DNA of 64,000 bases. It comes from an uncultured Actinomycetes bacterium (lineage in GTDB: Bacteria > Actinomycetota > UBA4738 > HRBIN12). The position numbers and the translations under genes were made by a program. This document shows positions 8,583 to 18,944 of this stretch, in pieces. Location: assembly GCA_963765865.1 (NCBI GenBank), contig CAVXYE010000005.1, positions 59,854-123,853 on the forward strand, given 5' to 3'. Within the stretch, counting starts at the first letter, position 1, and each line of letters opens with the position of its first letter. The notes beneath the pieces were generated by a model. It was not told the DNA's origin and made no database searches. It saw nothing but the letters and a program-made list of their open reading frames with translations.

Positions 8583-9121
8583 GCAACGGCTCGAGCGGCG
8601 GCGGAACGCTCCACACGATCTCGGTCCTCGTCGAGGACAAGCCCGGCGTGCTCACCCGCGTGGCCGGGCTCTTCTCGGCGCGCGGTTTCAACATCGACTC
8701 GCTCGCGGTGGGACCCACCGAGTCCTCGGGCCTGTCGCGGATGACGATCGTGATCAACGTGGACACGAAGCCCCTCGAGCAGATCACGAAACAGCTCAAC
8801 AAGCTGATCAACGTGATCAAGATCCTCGAGCACGAGCCCGGTTCCGCGGTGGAGCGTGAGCTGATGCTCGTCAAGGTCCGCGCCTCGGGCGACGATCGAG
8901 CGCGGGTGATGGAGATCGCCGAGGTGTTCCGGGTGAACATCGTCGACGTCACCGCGTCCACGCTCACGCTCGAAGCGACCGGCAAACCCGACAAGCTGGA
9001 GGCGCTGCTGTCGCTGCTGGACGACTTCGGGATCGTGGAGCTGTCACGCACCGGGCGGATCGCGCTCGGGCGCGGCGACCGAGGGATCAAGGAGCGTGTG
9101 CTCCGGGCGGCGAACGACTGA
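8579..9121 (+). CDS. ilvN: Acetolactate synthase small (regulatory) subunit
   Basis: 180 aa. ACT-domain signature [34 protein letters not shown]. The start overlaps the ilvB stop (ATGA). Confidence 0.95.
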   Translation: MSNGSSGGGTLHTISVLVEDKPGVLTRVAGLFSARGFNIDSLAVGPTESSGLSRMTIVINVDTKPLEQITKQLNKLINVIKILEHEPGSAVERELMLVKVRASGDDRARVMEIAEVFRVNIVDVTASTLTLEATGKPDKLEALLSLLDDFGIVELSRTGRIALGRGDRGIKERVLRAAND

Positions 9122-9137
9122 GCGAAAGGCGAGCCAG

Positions 9138-10148
9138 ATGGCCACGATCTTCTATGAGAAGGACACCGACCCCGGCGTATTGGCGGATCAGAAGATCGCG
9201 GTGCTCGGGTACGGCTCGCAGGGCCACGCGCACGCGCAGAACCTGAAGGACAGCGGGCTCGACGTGCGGGTCGGGCTGCGGACCGGCTCGTCGAGCCGCC
9301 CGATGGCCGAGGAGGCCGGGCTCCGCGTCCTGGAGATCGGCGACGCGGTCCGCGAGGCCGACGTCGTGATGGTCGTGCTGCCCGACACCTCGCACGGCGC
9401 CGTGTACGCGAAGGAGATCGCCCCGAACCTCAAAGACGGCGACATGCTGATGTTCGCGCACGGGTTCTCGGTGCACTTCGGCACCGTGGCCCCACCCGCC
9501 GGGGTCGACGTCACGATGATCGCGCCGAAGGGGCCGGGGCACCTCGTCCGCAGGACCTACGAGCAGGGGATCGGGACGCCGGCGCTGGTCGCGGTGCAGC
9601 AGGACGCGACCGGCAAGGCGCGGGCGCGCGCGCTCGCCTACGGCTCCGCCATCGGCGCCGCGCGCGCCGGCATCATCGAGACCACCTTCAAGGAGGAGAC
9701 CGAGACCGACCTGTTCGGCGAGCAGACGGTGCTGTGCGGCGGGATCTCCGAGCTGGTCCGCAACGGCTTCGACACGCTCGTCGCGGCCGGCTACCAGCCC
9801 GAGATCGCCTACTTCGAGTGCCTCCACGAGCTGAAGCTGATCATCGACCTGATCTACGAGGGCGGGCTGTCCTGGATGCGCTACTCGGTGTCGGACACCG
9901 CGGAGTGGGGCGACTACCAGAGCGGCCCGAAGGTGGTCGACGGCCCCTCGCGTGCGGCGATGGAACAGGTCCTCGCCGCGATCCAGGACGGTTCGTTCGC
10001 CAAGCGATGGATCGCGGAAGCCGACGCCGGCTTCCCGGAGTTCCTCCGACTTCGGCAGCAGGCGCAGACGTCCCAGCTGGAGCAGGTGGGGCGGCAGCTG
10101 CGTCAGATGATGCCGTGGTTGGAGTCCGAGAAGAAGGTGCCGAGCTGA
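9138..10148 (+). CDS. ilvC: Ketol-acid reductoisomerase
   Basis: MATIFYEKD...[21 protein letters not shown] is the class I KARI NADP-binding motif. Confidence 0.95.
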   Translation: MATIFYEKDTDPGVLADQKIAVLGYGSQGHAHAQNLKDSGLDVRVGLRTGSSSRPMAEEAGLRVLEIGDAVREADVVMVVLPDTSHGAVYAKEIAPNLKDGDMLMFAHGFSVHFGTVAPPAGVDVTMIAPKGPGHLVRRTYEQGIGTPALVAVQQDATGKARARALAYGSAIGAARAGIIETTFKEETETDLFGEQTVLCGGISELVRNGFDTLVAAGYQPEIAYFECLHELKLIIDLIYEGGLSWMRYSVSDTAEWGDYQSGPKVVDGPSRAAMEQVLAAIQDGSFAKRWIAEADAGFPEFLRLRQQAQTSQLEQVGRQLRQMMPWLESEKKVPS

Positions 10149-11746
10149 TGAGCGAGAACGCAGACCCCGATGTAACCGCGGGCTCAAGCAGCGAAGCGGT
10201 AGCCCGCTTCGATCAAGTCAGGATCTTCGACACGACCCTGCGCGATGGCGAGCAGGCGCCGGGCATCGCGCTCACCCAACCCGAGAAGCTCGAGATCGCC
10301 GAGCAGCTCGCTCGACTCAACGTCGACATCATCGAGGCGGGGTTCCCGATCTCGTCGCCCGGCGAGTTCGATGCCGTTCGCCAGATCGCGAGCTCCGTGC
10401 GGGGGCCGGTGATCGCCGCGCTCGCGAGGACCGCGACCGGCGACGTCGAGCGGGCGGCCGAGGCGCTGAAGGGTGCCGAGCGGTGGCGGATCCACACGTT
10501 CATCTCGACCTCCGACGTCCAGCGGGAGTCGATGCTGCGGATGAGCCCGCAGCAGGTCCTGCAGGCGATCGAGGACAACGTCCGGCTGGCGAAGAGCTAC
10601 ACGGAGGATGTCGAGTTCTCGGCGCAGGACGCGACCCGGACCGAGCTGACCTTCCTGCTTGAGTGCTTCCGCGTCGCGGTCGCGTGCGGGGCTACCACGA
10701 TCAACGTGCCCGACACGGTCGGCTACGCCACCCCCACCGAGTTCGGCGAGCTGGTGCGGACGGTGCGCGAGGCCGTTCCCGACCAGGTCGTGATCTCGAC
10801 CCACTGTCACAACGACCTCGGCCTGGCGGTCGCCAACGCGCTGGCCGGGATCGAGAACGGCGCACGGCAGATCGAGGTCGCGGTGAACGGGATCGGTGAG
10901 CGTGCCGGGAACTGCTCGCTCGAGGAGGTCGCGATGATCGTCCGCACGCGCGGCGAGCACCTCGGCGTCCGACACGGGCTCAACCTGAAGGAGATCGTGC
11001 GAACGTCGCGACTGGTCTCCATGACGACGGGCTACGGCGTCCAGCCGAACAAGGCCGTCGTGGGCTCGAGCGCCTTCGCGCACGAGAGCGGGATCCATCA
11101 GCACGGCGTCCTCGCGAACCGGGCGACCTACGAGATCATGGATCCGCAGGAGATCGGCCTCGAGGGGAACCGACTCGTCCTCGGCAAGCACAGCGGACGG
11201 CACGCGTTCGTCGACGCCCTCCAGAAGCTCGGGATCACGCTGGAGGAGGTTCAGCTCAACCGCGCGTTCGCCCGGTTCAAGGATCTGGCGGACCGCAAGA
11301 TCACCCTCACGGACCACGACCTCGAAGCGATCGTGACGGAGGAGATCGGCAGCGGGAAGGAGGATCTTCTCGTCCTCGAGGCGGTCCAGGTCGGCGGGGG
11401 GACGCACCTGGCCCCGACGGCGACGGTCCGGCTCCGACGCGGCGACGACCTGATCGAGGAGTCGGCCATGGGCGACGGGATGATCGACGCGGTCATGGGC
11501 GCGATCGGTCGCGCGGCCGGCATCGAGCCTCGGCTCGTCGCGTTCAACGTCTCCAGCGTGACCGGGGGTTCCGATGCGTTAGGCGACGTCGTCGTCCAGC
11601 TGGACGTCGACGGACGGCGGGTGACCGGCCGCGGGGTCGCGACCGACGTGGTGGAGGCGAGCGCCCGGGCGTACCTGGCGGCGATCAACCGCGCTCTGCA
11701 GATGCAGGCGGGCGGCGACGGACCGCGCGACGAGGTCACGTCTTGA
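10148..11746 (+). CDS. leuA: 2-isopropylmalate synthase (short form, with LeuA dimerisation/regulatory domain)
   Basis: 532 aa. IFDTTLRDGEQAPG, HCHNDLGLAVAN and a C-terminal regulatory domain. The ATG shares one nt with the ilvC TGA. Confidence 0.9.
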   Translation: MSENADPDVTAGSSSEAVARFDQVRIFDTTLRDGEQAPGIALTQPEKLEIAEQLARLNVDIIEAGFPISSPGEFDAVRQIASSVRGPVIAALARTATGDVERAAEALKGAERWRIHTFISTSDVQRESMLRMSPQQVLQAIEDNVRLAKSYTEDVEFSAQDATRTELTFLLECFRVAVACGATTINVPDTVGYATPTEFGELVRTVREAVPDQVVISTHCHNDLGLAVANALAGIENGARQIEVAVNGIGERAGNCSLEEVAMIVRTRGEHLGVRHGLNLKEIVRTSRLVSMTTGYGVQPNKAVVGSSAFAHESGIHQHGVLANRATYEIMDPQEIGLEGNRLVLGKHSGRHAFVDALQKLGITLEEVQLNRAFARFKDLADRKITLTDHDLEAIVTEEIGSGKEDLLVLEAVQVGGGTHLAPTATVRLRRGDDLIEESAMGDGMIDAVMGAIGRAAGIEPRLVAFNVSSVTGGSDALGDVVVQLDVDGRRVTGRGVATDVVEASARAYLAAINRALQMQAGGDGPRDEVTS

Positions 11747-12786
11747 CCTACCGGATCGGCGTGATCCGCGGCGATGGGACGGGGCCCGAGGTGGTCGCCG
11801 AGGCGCTCAAGGTCTTGGAGGCCGTCCGCGACGGCTTCGACGTCGATGCGGTGGAGTTCGACCTGGGCGCCGACCGGTACCTCCGGACCGGCGAGGTCCT
11901 TCCGGCCGACGAGCTCGAGGGGCTCCGAGGGTGCTCCGCGATCCTGCTCGGCGCGGTGGGCGACCCGCGTGTGCGGCCGGGGATCCTGGAGCGCGATCTG
12001 CTCCTTCGCATCCGCTTCGAGCTGGACCAATACGTCAACCTCCGTCCGGTGATCCGCTACCCGGGCGTGCAGACGCTCGTGCCGTCGCACACGGAAGAGG
12101 ATGTGAACTTCGTCGTCGTGCGTGAGAACTCCGAGGGGCTGTACAGCGGGGCCGGCGGCTTCCACCGGAAGGGCACGCCGTACGAGGTCGCCGTCCAGGA
12201 GTCGATCAACACCCGCCACGGGGTCGAGCGGATCGTGCGCTACGCGTTCGACGTGGCGTCCAACCGGCGCAGGCACCTGACGCTCGTGCACAAGACGAAC
12301 GTGCTGACGTTCGCCGGCGATCTCTACCAGCGGGTCGTCGACGACGTGGCCGCGGAGTTCCCCGATGTCCAGACCGATTACGTCCACGTGGACGCCGCGT
12401 GCATCTACTTCCTGGACCAGCCGAGCCGGTTCGACGTCATCGTCACCGACAACATGTTCGGCGACATCATCACGGACCTCGGGGCCATGATCCAGGGCGG
12501 GATGGGCGTGGCGGCCGGCGCGAACATCGCCCCGGACGGCGTGTCGATGTTCGAGCCGATCGGAGGCACGGCGCCGGATCATGCCGGCAGGGGAACGATC
12601 AACCCGTTGGCGGCGATCGCGGCGATGCAGATGCTGCTGGTGTCCCTGGGTGAGGTGAAGGCGGCCGACCGGGTGCACGCGGGGATCGGCCACGCGACCC
12701 AGCGCATGAAGAGCATGCGCGCGGGAGAGATGGGCTACGCGACCTCGGAGGTCGGGGACCTCGTCGTGGAGGGCGCGACGTCATGA
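11743..12786 (+). CDS. leuB: 3-isopropylmalate dehydrogenase
   Basis: 347 aa. [18 protein letters not shown] and the [13 protein letters not shown] motif. The TTG start overlaps the leuA stop. Confidence 0.92.
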   Translation: MTYRIGVIRGDGTGPEVVAEALKVLEAVRDGFDVDAVEFDLGADRYLRTGEVLPADELEGLRGCSAILLGAVGDPRVRPGILERDLLLRIRFELDQYVNLRPVIRYPGVQTLVPSHTEEDVNFVVVRENSEGLYSGAGGFHRKGTPYEVAVQESINTRHGVERIVRYAFDVASNRRRHLTLVHKTNVLTFAGDLYQRVVDDVAAEFPDVQTDYVHVDAACIYFLDQPSRFDVIVTDNMFGDIITDLGAMIQGGMGVAAGANIAPDGVSMFEPIGGTAPDHAGRGTINPLAAIAAMQMLLVSLGEVKAADRVHAGIGHATQRMKSMRAGEMGYATSEVGDLVVEGATS

Positions 12787-14372
12787 GCGACGCGACGCGT
12801 GCGGTCGAGCTCTACGACACGACGCTGCGCGATGGTGCCCAGCGCGCCGACCTCAGCTACTCGATCGACGATCGCCTGCGCATCCTGCACAAGCTCGACC
12901 AGGTGGGCTTCCCCTTCGTGGAGGGAGGGTGGCCGGGCGCGAACCCGCGCGACACCGAGTTCTTCTCGCTGGCATCGAAGGAGACCCTCAAGCACGCCCA
13001 GCTCACGGCGTTCGGGATGACGCGCAAGGCGGGAGAGGACGCGACGACGTCGCGGGCGTTGCGGGACCTGCTCGACGCCGGGACCGAGGTCGTATGCCTG
13101 GTGGGGAAGGCGTGGGATCTCCATGTCACCCAAGCGCTCCGGACGGATCTGGACGAAGGCGTCGCCATGGTCCGCGACTCCGTCGGGTTCCTGCGGGCGC
13201 AGGGCCGGCGCGTGTTCTTCGACGCGGAGCACTTCTTCGACGGATACCTGACCGACCCGGTGTTCGCGATGCGGGTGCTGGCCGCCGCCGAGGAGGCCGG
13301 AGCCGAGCGCCTGGTCCTGTGCGACACGAACGGCGGGATGCTCCCGTTCGACGTCGCCCGGATCGTCACCGAGGTCGGCGAGAAGACGAACGTGCCTCTC
13401 GGGATCCACGTCCACAACGACGCGGGATGCGCGGTCGCGAACTCGCTGATCGCCGTCGATGCGGGCGTCTTCCAGGTGCAGGGAACGATCAACGGGTACG
13501 GCGAGCGGACCGGGAACGCCGATCTCATCCCGATCACCGCCGACCTCGTGCTGAAGATGGGCATCGCGGACGCTCTGCCGGCGGGTGCGGTGGAGCATCT
13601 CACGGAGCTCGCGCACTACGTCGCCGAGGTCGCCAACGTCGCGCCCGACTCGCACCAACCGTACGCCGGACGGCACGCCTTCACGCACAAGGCCGGCTTG
13701 CACACCAGCGGGGTCGCCCGCCTGTCCCGCGCCTACGAACACATCGACCCCGAGGTGGTGGGGAACCGTCGAGGTGTGGTCGCGTCGGACTACGGCGGCG
13801 GGTCCACGATCCGCATGAAGGCCGACGAGCTCGGCGTCGCGATCGATGACGCCGCGATCCCGACGGCCGTCGAGGAGATCAAGCGGCGGGAGGCGGCCGG
13901 CTACGCGTTCGATGTCGCGGAAGCCTCGCTCGACCTCCTGATGCGTCGGGCCGCCGGCTGGTCCCAGCCGTTCTTCGACATCGAGAGCTACCGCGTCCAC
14001 GTGGAGGAGCGGGTCGCCGACGACGAGCCGCCGCTCGCCGAGGCCACCGTCAAGGTCCGAACGAAGGGCACCCGGCACATCGAGTCCGCCGAAGGGCAGG
14101 GCCCGGTGGGCGCGCTCGACAACGCGCTCCGGAAGGCCCTGACGAACGACTACCCGGAGCTCGACTCGATGGAGCTCGAAGATTTCCGGGTTCGCGTGCT
14201 GGACGAGAGCGTCGGGACCGGGGCCGTCGTCCGCGTCCTGATCGACATGTCCGACGGTGAGCAGGCGTGGACCACGGTCGGCGTCTCGGAGAACATCATC
14301 GAAGCGTCCTGGGAGGCGCTGACGGACGGATACCTCTTCGGTCTGCTTCATCCCCGGTCGGCGGAGGGGTGA
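12783..14372 (+). CDS. cimA: Citramalate synthase (LeuA paralogue, CimA type)
   Basis: 529 aa. LYDTTLRDGAQRADLSYSIDDRLRI...VEGGWPGANPRD and HVHNDAGCAVANS match the CimA/TIGR00977-type layout. The start overlaps the leuB stop (ATGA). Confidence 0.8.
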   Translation: MSDATRAVELYDTTLRDGAQRADLSYSIDDRLRILHKLDQVGFPFVEGGWPGANPRDTEFFSLASKETLKHAQLTAFGMTRKAGEDATTSRALRDLLDAGTEVVCLVGKAWDLHVTQALRTDLDEGVAMVRDSVGFLRAQGRRVFFDAEHFFDGYLTDPVFAMRVLAAAEEAGAERLVLCDTNGGMLPFDVARIVTEVGEKTNVPLGIHVHNDAGCAVANSLIAVDAGVFQVQGTINGYGERTGNADLIPITADLVLKMGIADALPAGAVEHLTELAHYVAEVANVAPDSHQPYAGRHAFTHKAGLHTSGVARLSRAYEHIDPEVVGNRRGVVASDYGGGSTIRMKADELGVAIDDAAIPTAVEEIKRREAAGYAFDVAEASLDLLMRRAAGWSQPFFDIESYRVHVEERVADDEPPLAEATVKVRTKGTRHIESAEGQGPVGALDNALRKALTNDYPELDSMELEDFRVRVLDESVGTGAVVRVLIDMSDGEQAWTTVGVSENIIEASWEALTDGYLFGLLHPRSAEG

Positions 14373-14472
14373 ACACGGTGCCGTTCGACGCGCGACCGGC
14401 CGGTCCTGCGCTACGCTCGCGACCTCTGATCGGCGCGGCCGGCGCTGACCTGGTTCCCTCGTTTGGAGGATC

Positions 14473-14760
14473 GTGATGGGAGTCACAGCGCTCTGGTTCT
14501 TCGGCCTGCTGGTCGTCATCGTCGACATCGCCGCGACGGTCGACGTGATCCGGCGTCCGGACCTGGGGGTCGGTGCCAAGGTCCTTTGGGTGCTGCTGAT
14601 CTTCATCCTGCCGGTGCTCGGCGTGATCGCGTACGTGATCGCCCGGCCGTCACTGGTCGACTTCGGAGAGAACCGCGACGACGCGAAGAAGGCGGCGTCC
14701 GAGGCGGAGGCGGAGCGAGCGCGAGACCGAGCGAGGGATCTGCCCCCTTCCGAGCAGTGA
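14473..14760 (+). CDS. PLD nuclease N-terminal domain-containing small membrane protein
   Basis: 95 aa with two TM helices and the motif KVLWVLLIFILPVLGVIAYVI, typical of the PLDc_N family. GGAGGA RBS. Confidence 0.75.
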   Translation: MMGVTALWFFGLLVVIVDIAATVDVIRRPDLGVGAKVLWVLLIFILPVLGVIAYVIARPSLVDFGENRDDAKKAASEAEAERARDRARDLPPSEQ

Positions 14761-14781
14761 GGGTCGGCCTCGGCTCCTGTC

Positions 14782-16026
14782 TCAGGGCGGAGGCGAGGCT
14801 CGGAAGCTGACGATCCGGACGATCCGATCCTCGATCTTCTTCGCGGTCCACTCGTTGAACCCGCTCGAAAGGATCGAGAACTCGACCCATCCCCCCGTGC
14901 GCTCCAGCCACACCCAACCCGACAGCGCCGAGGCGTCGTCGAGGGTCCCCGTCTTCGCGCGGATCCGGATGTCCTTGAGGCGATCCTTGAGCGTCCCCTG
15001 GCCGCCCGCGGGGAGCGACGCGCGCAGGATCGGGCCCCACGAGGCGCCGTCGGCGTCCCACAGCAGCTCGAGGATCCCACGGGCGGTCGCCCTGTTCGCG
15101 TAGCTGAGGCCGGAGGAGTCGTAGACCCTGAAATCTTGCCCGTGCATATCGGTGAAGCGGTCGATCGCCCTCGCGCCGTTCGCGATCGTGCCTCGGCCCC
15201 ACTCGTCGGCCCCGAGGTACTTGCCCAGCACTTCCGCCCAGAAGTTCCTCGACTTGAGGTCCATCCGTCGGATCAGATCCCGGAGCGGGGGCGACGCGAT
15301 CTGGGCGATCGGGCGGAGCCCCGCCGGCGGATGGCCCATCCCGGGCTTGTGACCGACCGCGATCCCGAGGAGTTCGAGGCGCGCGGTCAGCGTGGTCGCG
15401 GCGCGAAGCTCGGGATCGGTGACGTGGACCCCGCGATGATCCGTGTTCTCCCGATAGGTGAGGGCCGTCGGCAGCGGGATGTAGTCGGCGGGGAAGTAGT
15501 CCTTCCAGCCGCGCGCCCACCAATCCCTCGCGAAGGGCCCGGTGTTCCCCATCACGGACCCGCGGATCCGGTGGACGCCGGCATCCCGTATCGCCCGCGC
15601 GAGGGCGGCGATCCGGGTTCCGTCGATCCCGGGGTCTCCATGGCCGACGATCCAGAGGTTGCCGCGGATCACCCCGCGCGGCCCCGGCGGTGCGGTGGCG
15701 CTGGCGTTCGTGCGGATCGTCCGCCACGGGCGATACCGCTGCAGCAACGCCATGGAGAGCAGGAGCTTCTCGTTCGAGGCCGGCGGCCGTCCCACCCAGC
15801 CGAGGTGCCCGAACCACGAGTCTCCGTCCCTCCCGATCGCGACCGAGACGGGACGGTTCCCGATCACGGTTGTGATGTCGCGCATCCATGCCGGCTGGGT
15901 CGCGACTGGCGTTGCGTCCGGGCGCGCCCACGCTTGGTTCGCGGGCACGGCGATCGCGATGAACGCGGTCAGGAGGCAACAAGCGATCCGGCGGGCGCGG
16001 GCCATCGCGCGATGGTACCGCCGCAT
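14782..16026 (-). CDS. dacB: D-alanyl-D-alanine carboxypeptidase/endopeptidase (PBP4, peptidase S13)
   Basis: Signal peptide ARRIACCLLTAFIAIAVPANQAWA. Motifs SNEK (SxxK), SSGLS (SxN region) and KTGT. The start is set at an internal ATG (16026, alternative 16005) because the longer ORF N-terminus is Arg-rich junk. Confidence 0.85.
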   Translation of the reverse strand: MRRYHRAMARARRIACCLLTAFIAIAVPANQAWARPDATPVATQPAWMRDITTVIGNRPVSVAIGRDGDSWFGHLGWVGRPPASNEKLLLSMALLQRYRPWRTIRTNASATAPPGPRGVIRGNLWIVGHGDPGIDGTRIAALARAIRDAGVHRIRGSVMGNTGPFARDWWARGWKDYFPADYIPLPTALTYRENTDHRGVHVTDPELRAATTLTARLELLGIAVGHKPGMGHPPAGLRPIAQIASPPLRDLIRRMDLKSRNFWAEVLGKYLGADEWGRGTIANGARAIDRFTDMHGQDFRVYDSSGLSYANRATARGILELLWDADGASWGPILRASLPAGGQGTLKDRLKDIRIRAKTGTLDDASALSGWVWLERTGGWVEFSILSSGFNEWTAKKIEDRIVRIVSFRASPPP

Positions 16027-16058
16027 AGACTTCGCGCAGTCAGTTGAGGAGGACGGAT

Positions 16059-17418
16059 GTGAGGACGATCGAACGAACACGGGTCCACGAGCTGATGGAA
16101 CGCGAACGAAGCCTGTTCCGCGACCGTCACCCCCGCTCGAAGGGGCTCGCAGACGACGCTCGGGCCTCGCTGCTCTTCGGCGTCCCGATGAACTGGATGA
16201 CGCGGTGGCCGGGCGACCATCCCGTGTTCGTCGATCGAGCCGAAGGCGCGCGGTTCTGGGACGTCGACGGCAACGCGTTCGTGGACTTCTGCTTGGGAGA
16301 CACGGGCGGGATGGCGGGACACGCACCGAAGGTGTCCCTCGAGGCGATCGCGGACCAAGCGGCGCGAGGCATCACCCTGATGCTGCCGACCGAGGACGCG
16401 ACGTGGGTGGGTCGGGAGATGGCTCGGCGCTTCGGTGTCCCGTACTGGCAATTCTGTCTGACCGCCACCGACGCCAATCGGTTCGCGATCCGATGGGCAC
16501 GCCAGATCACCGGGCGCTCCAAGATCGTCGTCCACAACTGGAACTACCACGGGTCGGTCGACGAGACCTTCGCGACCCTCGACGACGACGGCAACGTCAT
16601 CGAGCGAGAAGGGAACCTCGGCAAGCCCGTGCCGCTCGCCGAAACCACCCGCGTGGTGGAGATCAACGACCTCGAAGGGCTCGAGCGAGCGCTCGCCGAA
16701 CGCGACGTCGCGCTGTGCCTCTTCGAGCCGGCCCTCACGAACATCGGGATCGTGTTGCCCGATCCCGGATACCACGAGGCGGTCCGCGAGCTCTGCACGC
16801 GGTACGAGACCCTGTTGCTGATCGACGAGACGCACACGATCAGCGCCGGGCCCGGAGGATGCACCAAAGCGTGGAACCTGCAGCCCGACATCGTGACGAT
16901 CGGCAAGACGCTCGGTGCGGGCATCCCCAGCGCCGCCTACGGCCTCACCGATGCGGTCTCGCAGCGGATCTACGAGCACACCGACTGGAAGAACGCCGAC
17001 GTCGGTGGGATCGGCGGCACCCTCGCCGGCAATGCCCTGTCGCTCGCCGCGATGCGCGCGACGTTGGGCGAGGTCCTGACGGACGAAGCCTTCGAACGCA
17101 TGATCGCGTTGGGGGAGCGCTTCGAGCAGGGCGTCCAGAGCGTGATCGAGGGTCGGGAGCTTCCGTGGCATGTGGTGCGCCTCGGCTGCCGGGTGGAGTA
17201 CCTGTTCCGGCCGGATCGCGCCCGGAACGGGAGCTGAAGCCGCGGCGGGGCAGGACGACGAGGTCGACCCGTTCATCCATCTGTACCTGTTGAACCGGGG
17301 TGTCCTGATGACGCCGTTCCACAACATGGCGCTGATGTCGCCGGCGACGACCGCGGAGGACGTCGATCGGCATACGGAGGTCTTCGGACAGATGGCGGAG
17401 GAGCTGGTGGGAGCCTGA
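16059..17418 (+). pseudogene. Class-III (GSA aminomutase-like) PLP aminotransferase with a single frame break near 17230
   Basis: GAGGAGG RBS and a GTG at 16059. The body lies in one frame and ends ...RLGCRVEYLFRPDRARNGS*. The conserved C-terminus EAAAGQDDEVDPFIHLYLLNRGVLMTPFHNMALMSP...EELVGA continues in the +1 frame. Total length is 1 mod 3. Confidence 0.8.
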
Positions 17419-17786
17419 TGCCGGCGGTCGCGAGGTTCCTCTACATCACGATCGACGCGCAGGACGCGGAGCGGATCGCGGACTTCTGGGCCGCGGTGCT
17501 CGATACCGAACGGGAAGAGGAACTGGACGACGGCCGCTTCCTGGTCCTGAAGGGTCGCGACGACCTGCCCGCGCTCTGCGTCCAACGCGTCCCCGAACCC
17601 AAGCACGGCAAGGTTCGCATCCACCTCGACCTCGGCGCCCCGGACCTGGCAGAGGCCACCACCCGGGTCGAGGCGCTCGGGGGCTCGTGGGACGGGGAGG
17701 AGCGGATCCTCGACGGCGTCGAGTGGCGGACGTTCGCCGACCCGGAAGGTCACGAGTTCGACATCCTTCGCGTCAAGTCGTCGTAG
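17418..17786 (+). CDS. VOC (glyoxalase/bleomycin-resistance fold) family protein
   Basis: 122 aa. FLYITIDAQDAERIADFW...RIHLDL...FADPEGHEFDI is the typical VOC pattern. The ATG overlaps the previous stop (TGATG). Confidence 0.8.
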   Translation: MPAVARFLYITIDAQDAERIADFWAAVLDTEREEELDDGRFLVLKGRDDLPALCVQRVPEPKHGKVRIHLDLGAPDLAEATTRVEALGGSWDGEERILDGVEWRTFADPEGHEFDILRVKSS

Positions 17787-18910
17787 GTCGTTCCTCGGTC
17801 CCAGCATCGCCCGCGCGTTCGTGGAACTCGCGCATGAAGGCGGCGAGCGCTTCGACCCCTTCGCGCGGCATCGCGTTGTAGATGGAGGCTCGGATCCCGC
17901 CGACGCTGCGGTGGCCCTTGAGCTCCACGAGACCCCGCTCTGCTGCCTCGGCGACGAACCTTGCCTCGAGATCCTCCGACGGCAACCGGAAGGTCACGTT
18001 CATCAACGACCGCGAGTCCGCGCGCGCGTGCCCGCGATAGAACATCGGTGCCGCGTCCAGGATGTCGTAGAGGAGGTTCGCCTTCTCGCGATCGCGGGCG
18101 TGCATCTCGTCGAGACCGCCGACCTCGTCGCGGAGCCACCGGGTGATGAGCATCACGATGTAGATCGCGAAGACCGGCGGGGTGTTGTAGCGGCTGCCGT
18201 GTTCCACGTACGTCCGGTAATCGAGGACGGAAGGGAGACCGTCCGGGATGCGATCGAGCACGGCGTCTCGGACGATCACGACGGTGACGCCCGCAGGGCC
18301 CGCGTTCTTCTGCGCGCCCGCATAGAGGAGGTCGTAGCGCCCGATCTCGATCGGCCGCGAGAGGAAGTCGGACGAGACGTCCGCGACCAGCGGAACGCCG
18401 TCGGGGACGATCGGCGTGGTGGGGAACTCGACGCCCTGGATCGTCTCGTTGCTCGTGACGTGGACGTAGGCGGGAGCGCTCTCGATCGACTCGAGGAGCT
18501 CCTCCGTTCCGGGGATCCGGGTGAATCCTTCGTCCCTCGCCGTCCACGCGACTCGCGCGGGCCCCTCCTTCGTTCGCCTCGGCGATCGCCTTCGAGCCCC
18601 AGGACCCAGTGAGCACGTAGTCGGCGGTCCTCCCGGTGCCTCGGAGCAGGTTCATCGGCACCATCGAGAACTGCAGCGAAGCGCCGCCCTGGCAGAACAC
18701 CACGTGGTACCCGTCCGGGATCGCGAGCAGGTCACGGAGGTTCGCAACGGTCTCATCGATCACGGAGGTGAACCACGAGCCGCGATGGCTGACCTCCAAG
18801 GGCGACGCCCCAACCCCGGGAAGCGAGACGAGGTCTCGTTGGGCCTGCTCCAGGACCGGGAGCGGCAAGATCCCGGGACCGGCGGCGAAGTTGAAGGCGC
18901 GATCGGGCAT
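17773..18910 (-). pseudogene. serC: Phosphoserine aminotransferase with a single frame break near 18555-18568
   Basis: The N-terminal frame reads MPDRAFNFAAGPGILP...GSWGSKAIAEANEGG. The rest (ARVAWTARDEGFTRIPG...YAGAQKNAGPAGVTVVIVRD...GGIRASIYNAMP) is in the adjacent frame. The switch lies inside a GGAGGGGCCC run. Total length is 1 mod 3. Confidence 0.85.
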
Positions 18911-18944
18911 CGGGTGACCCAGGCTACCGGAGCACACGAGCCCG

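Noticed and set aside
12735-15080. 781-aa minus-strand ORF
   Set aside because: It is antisense to cimA and the PLDc_N gene, and it is Arg/Ser/Pro-rich with no motifs.
16027-16326. 100-codon N-terminal extension of dacB
   Set aside because: It is Arg/Ser-rich junk that overlaps the divergent aminotransferase gene. A proper signal peptide follows the internal ATG.
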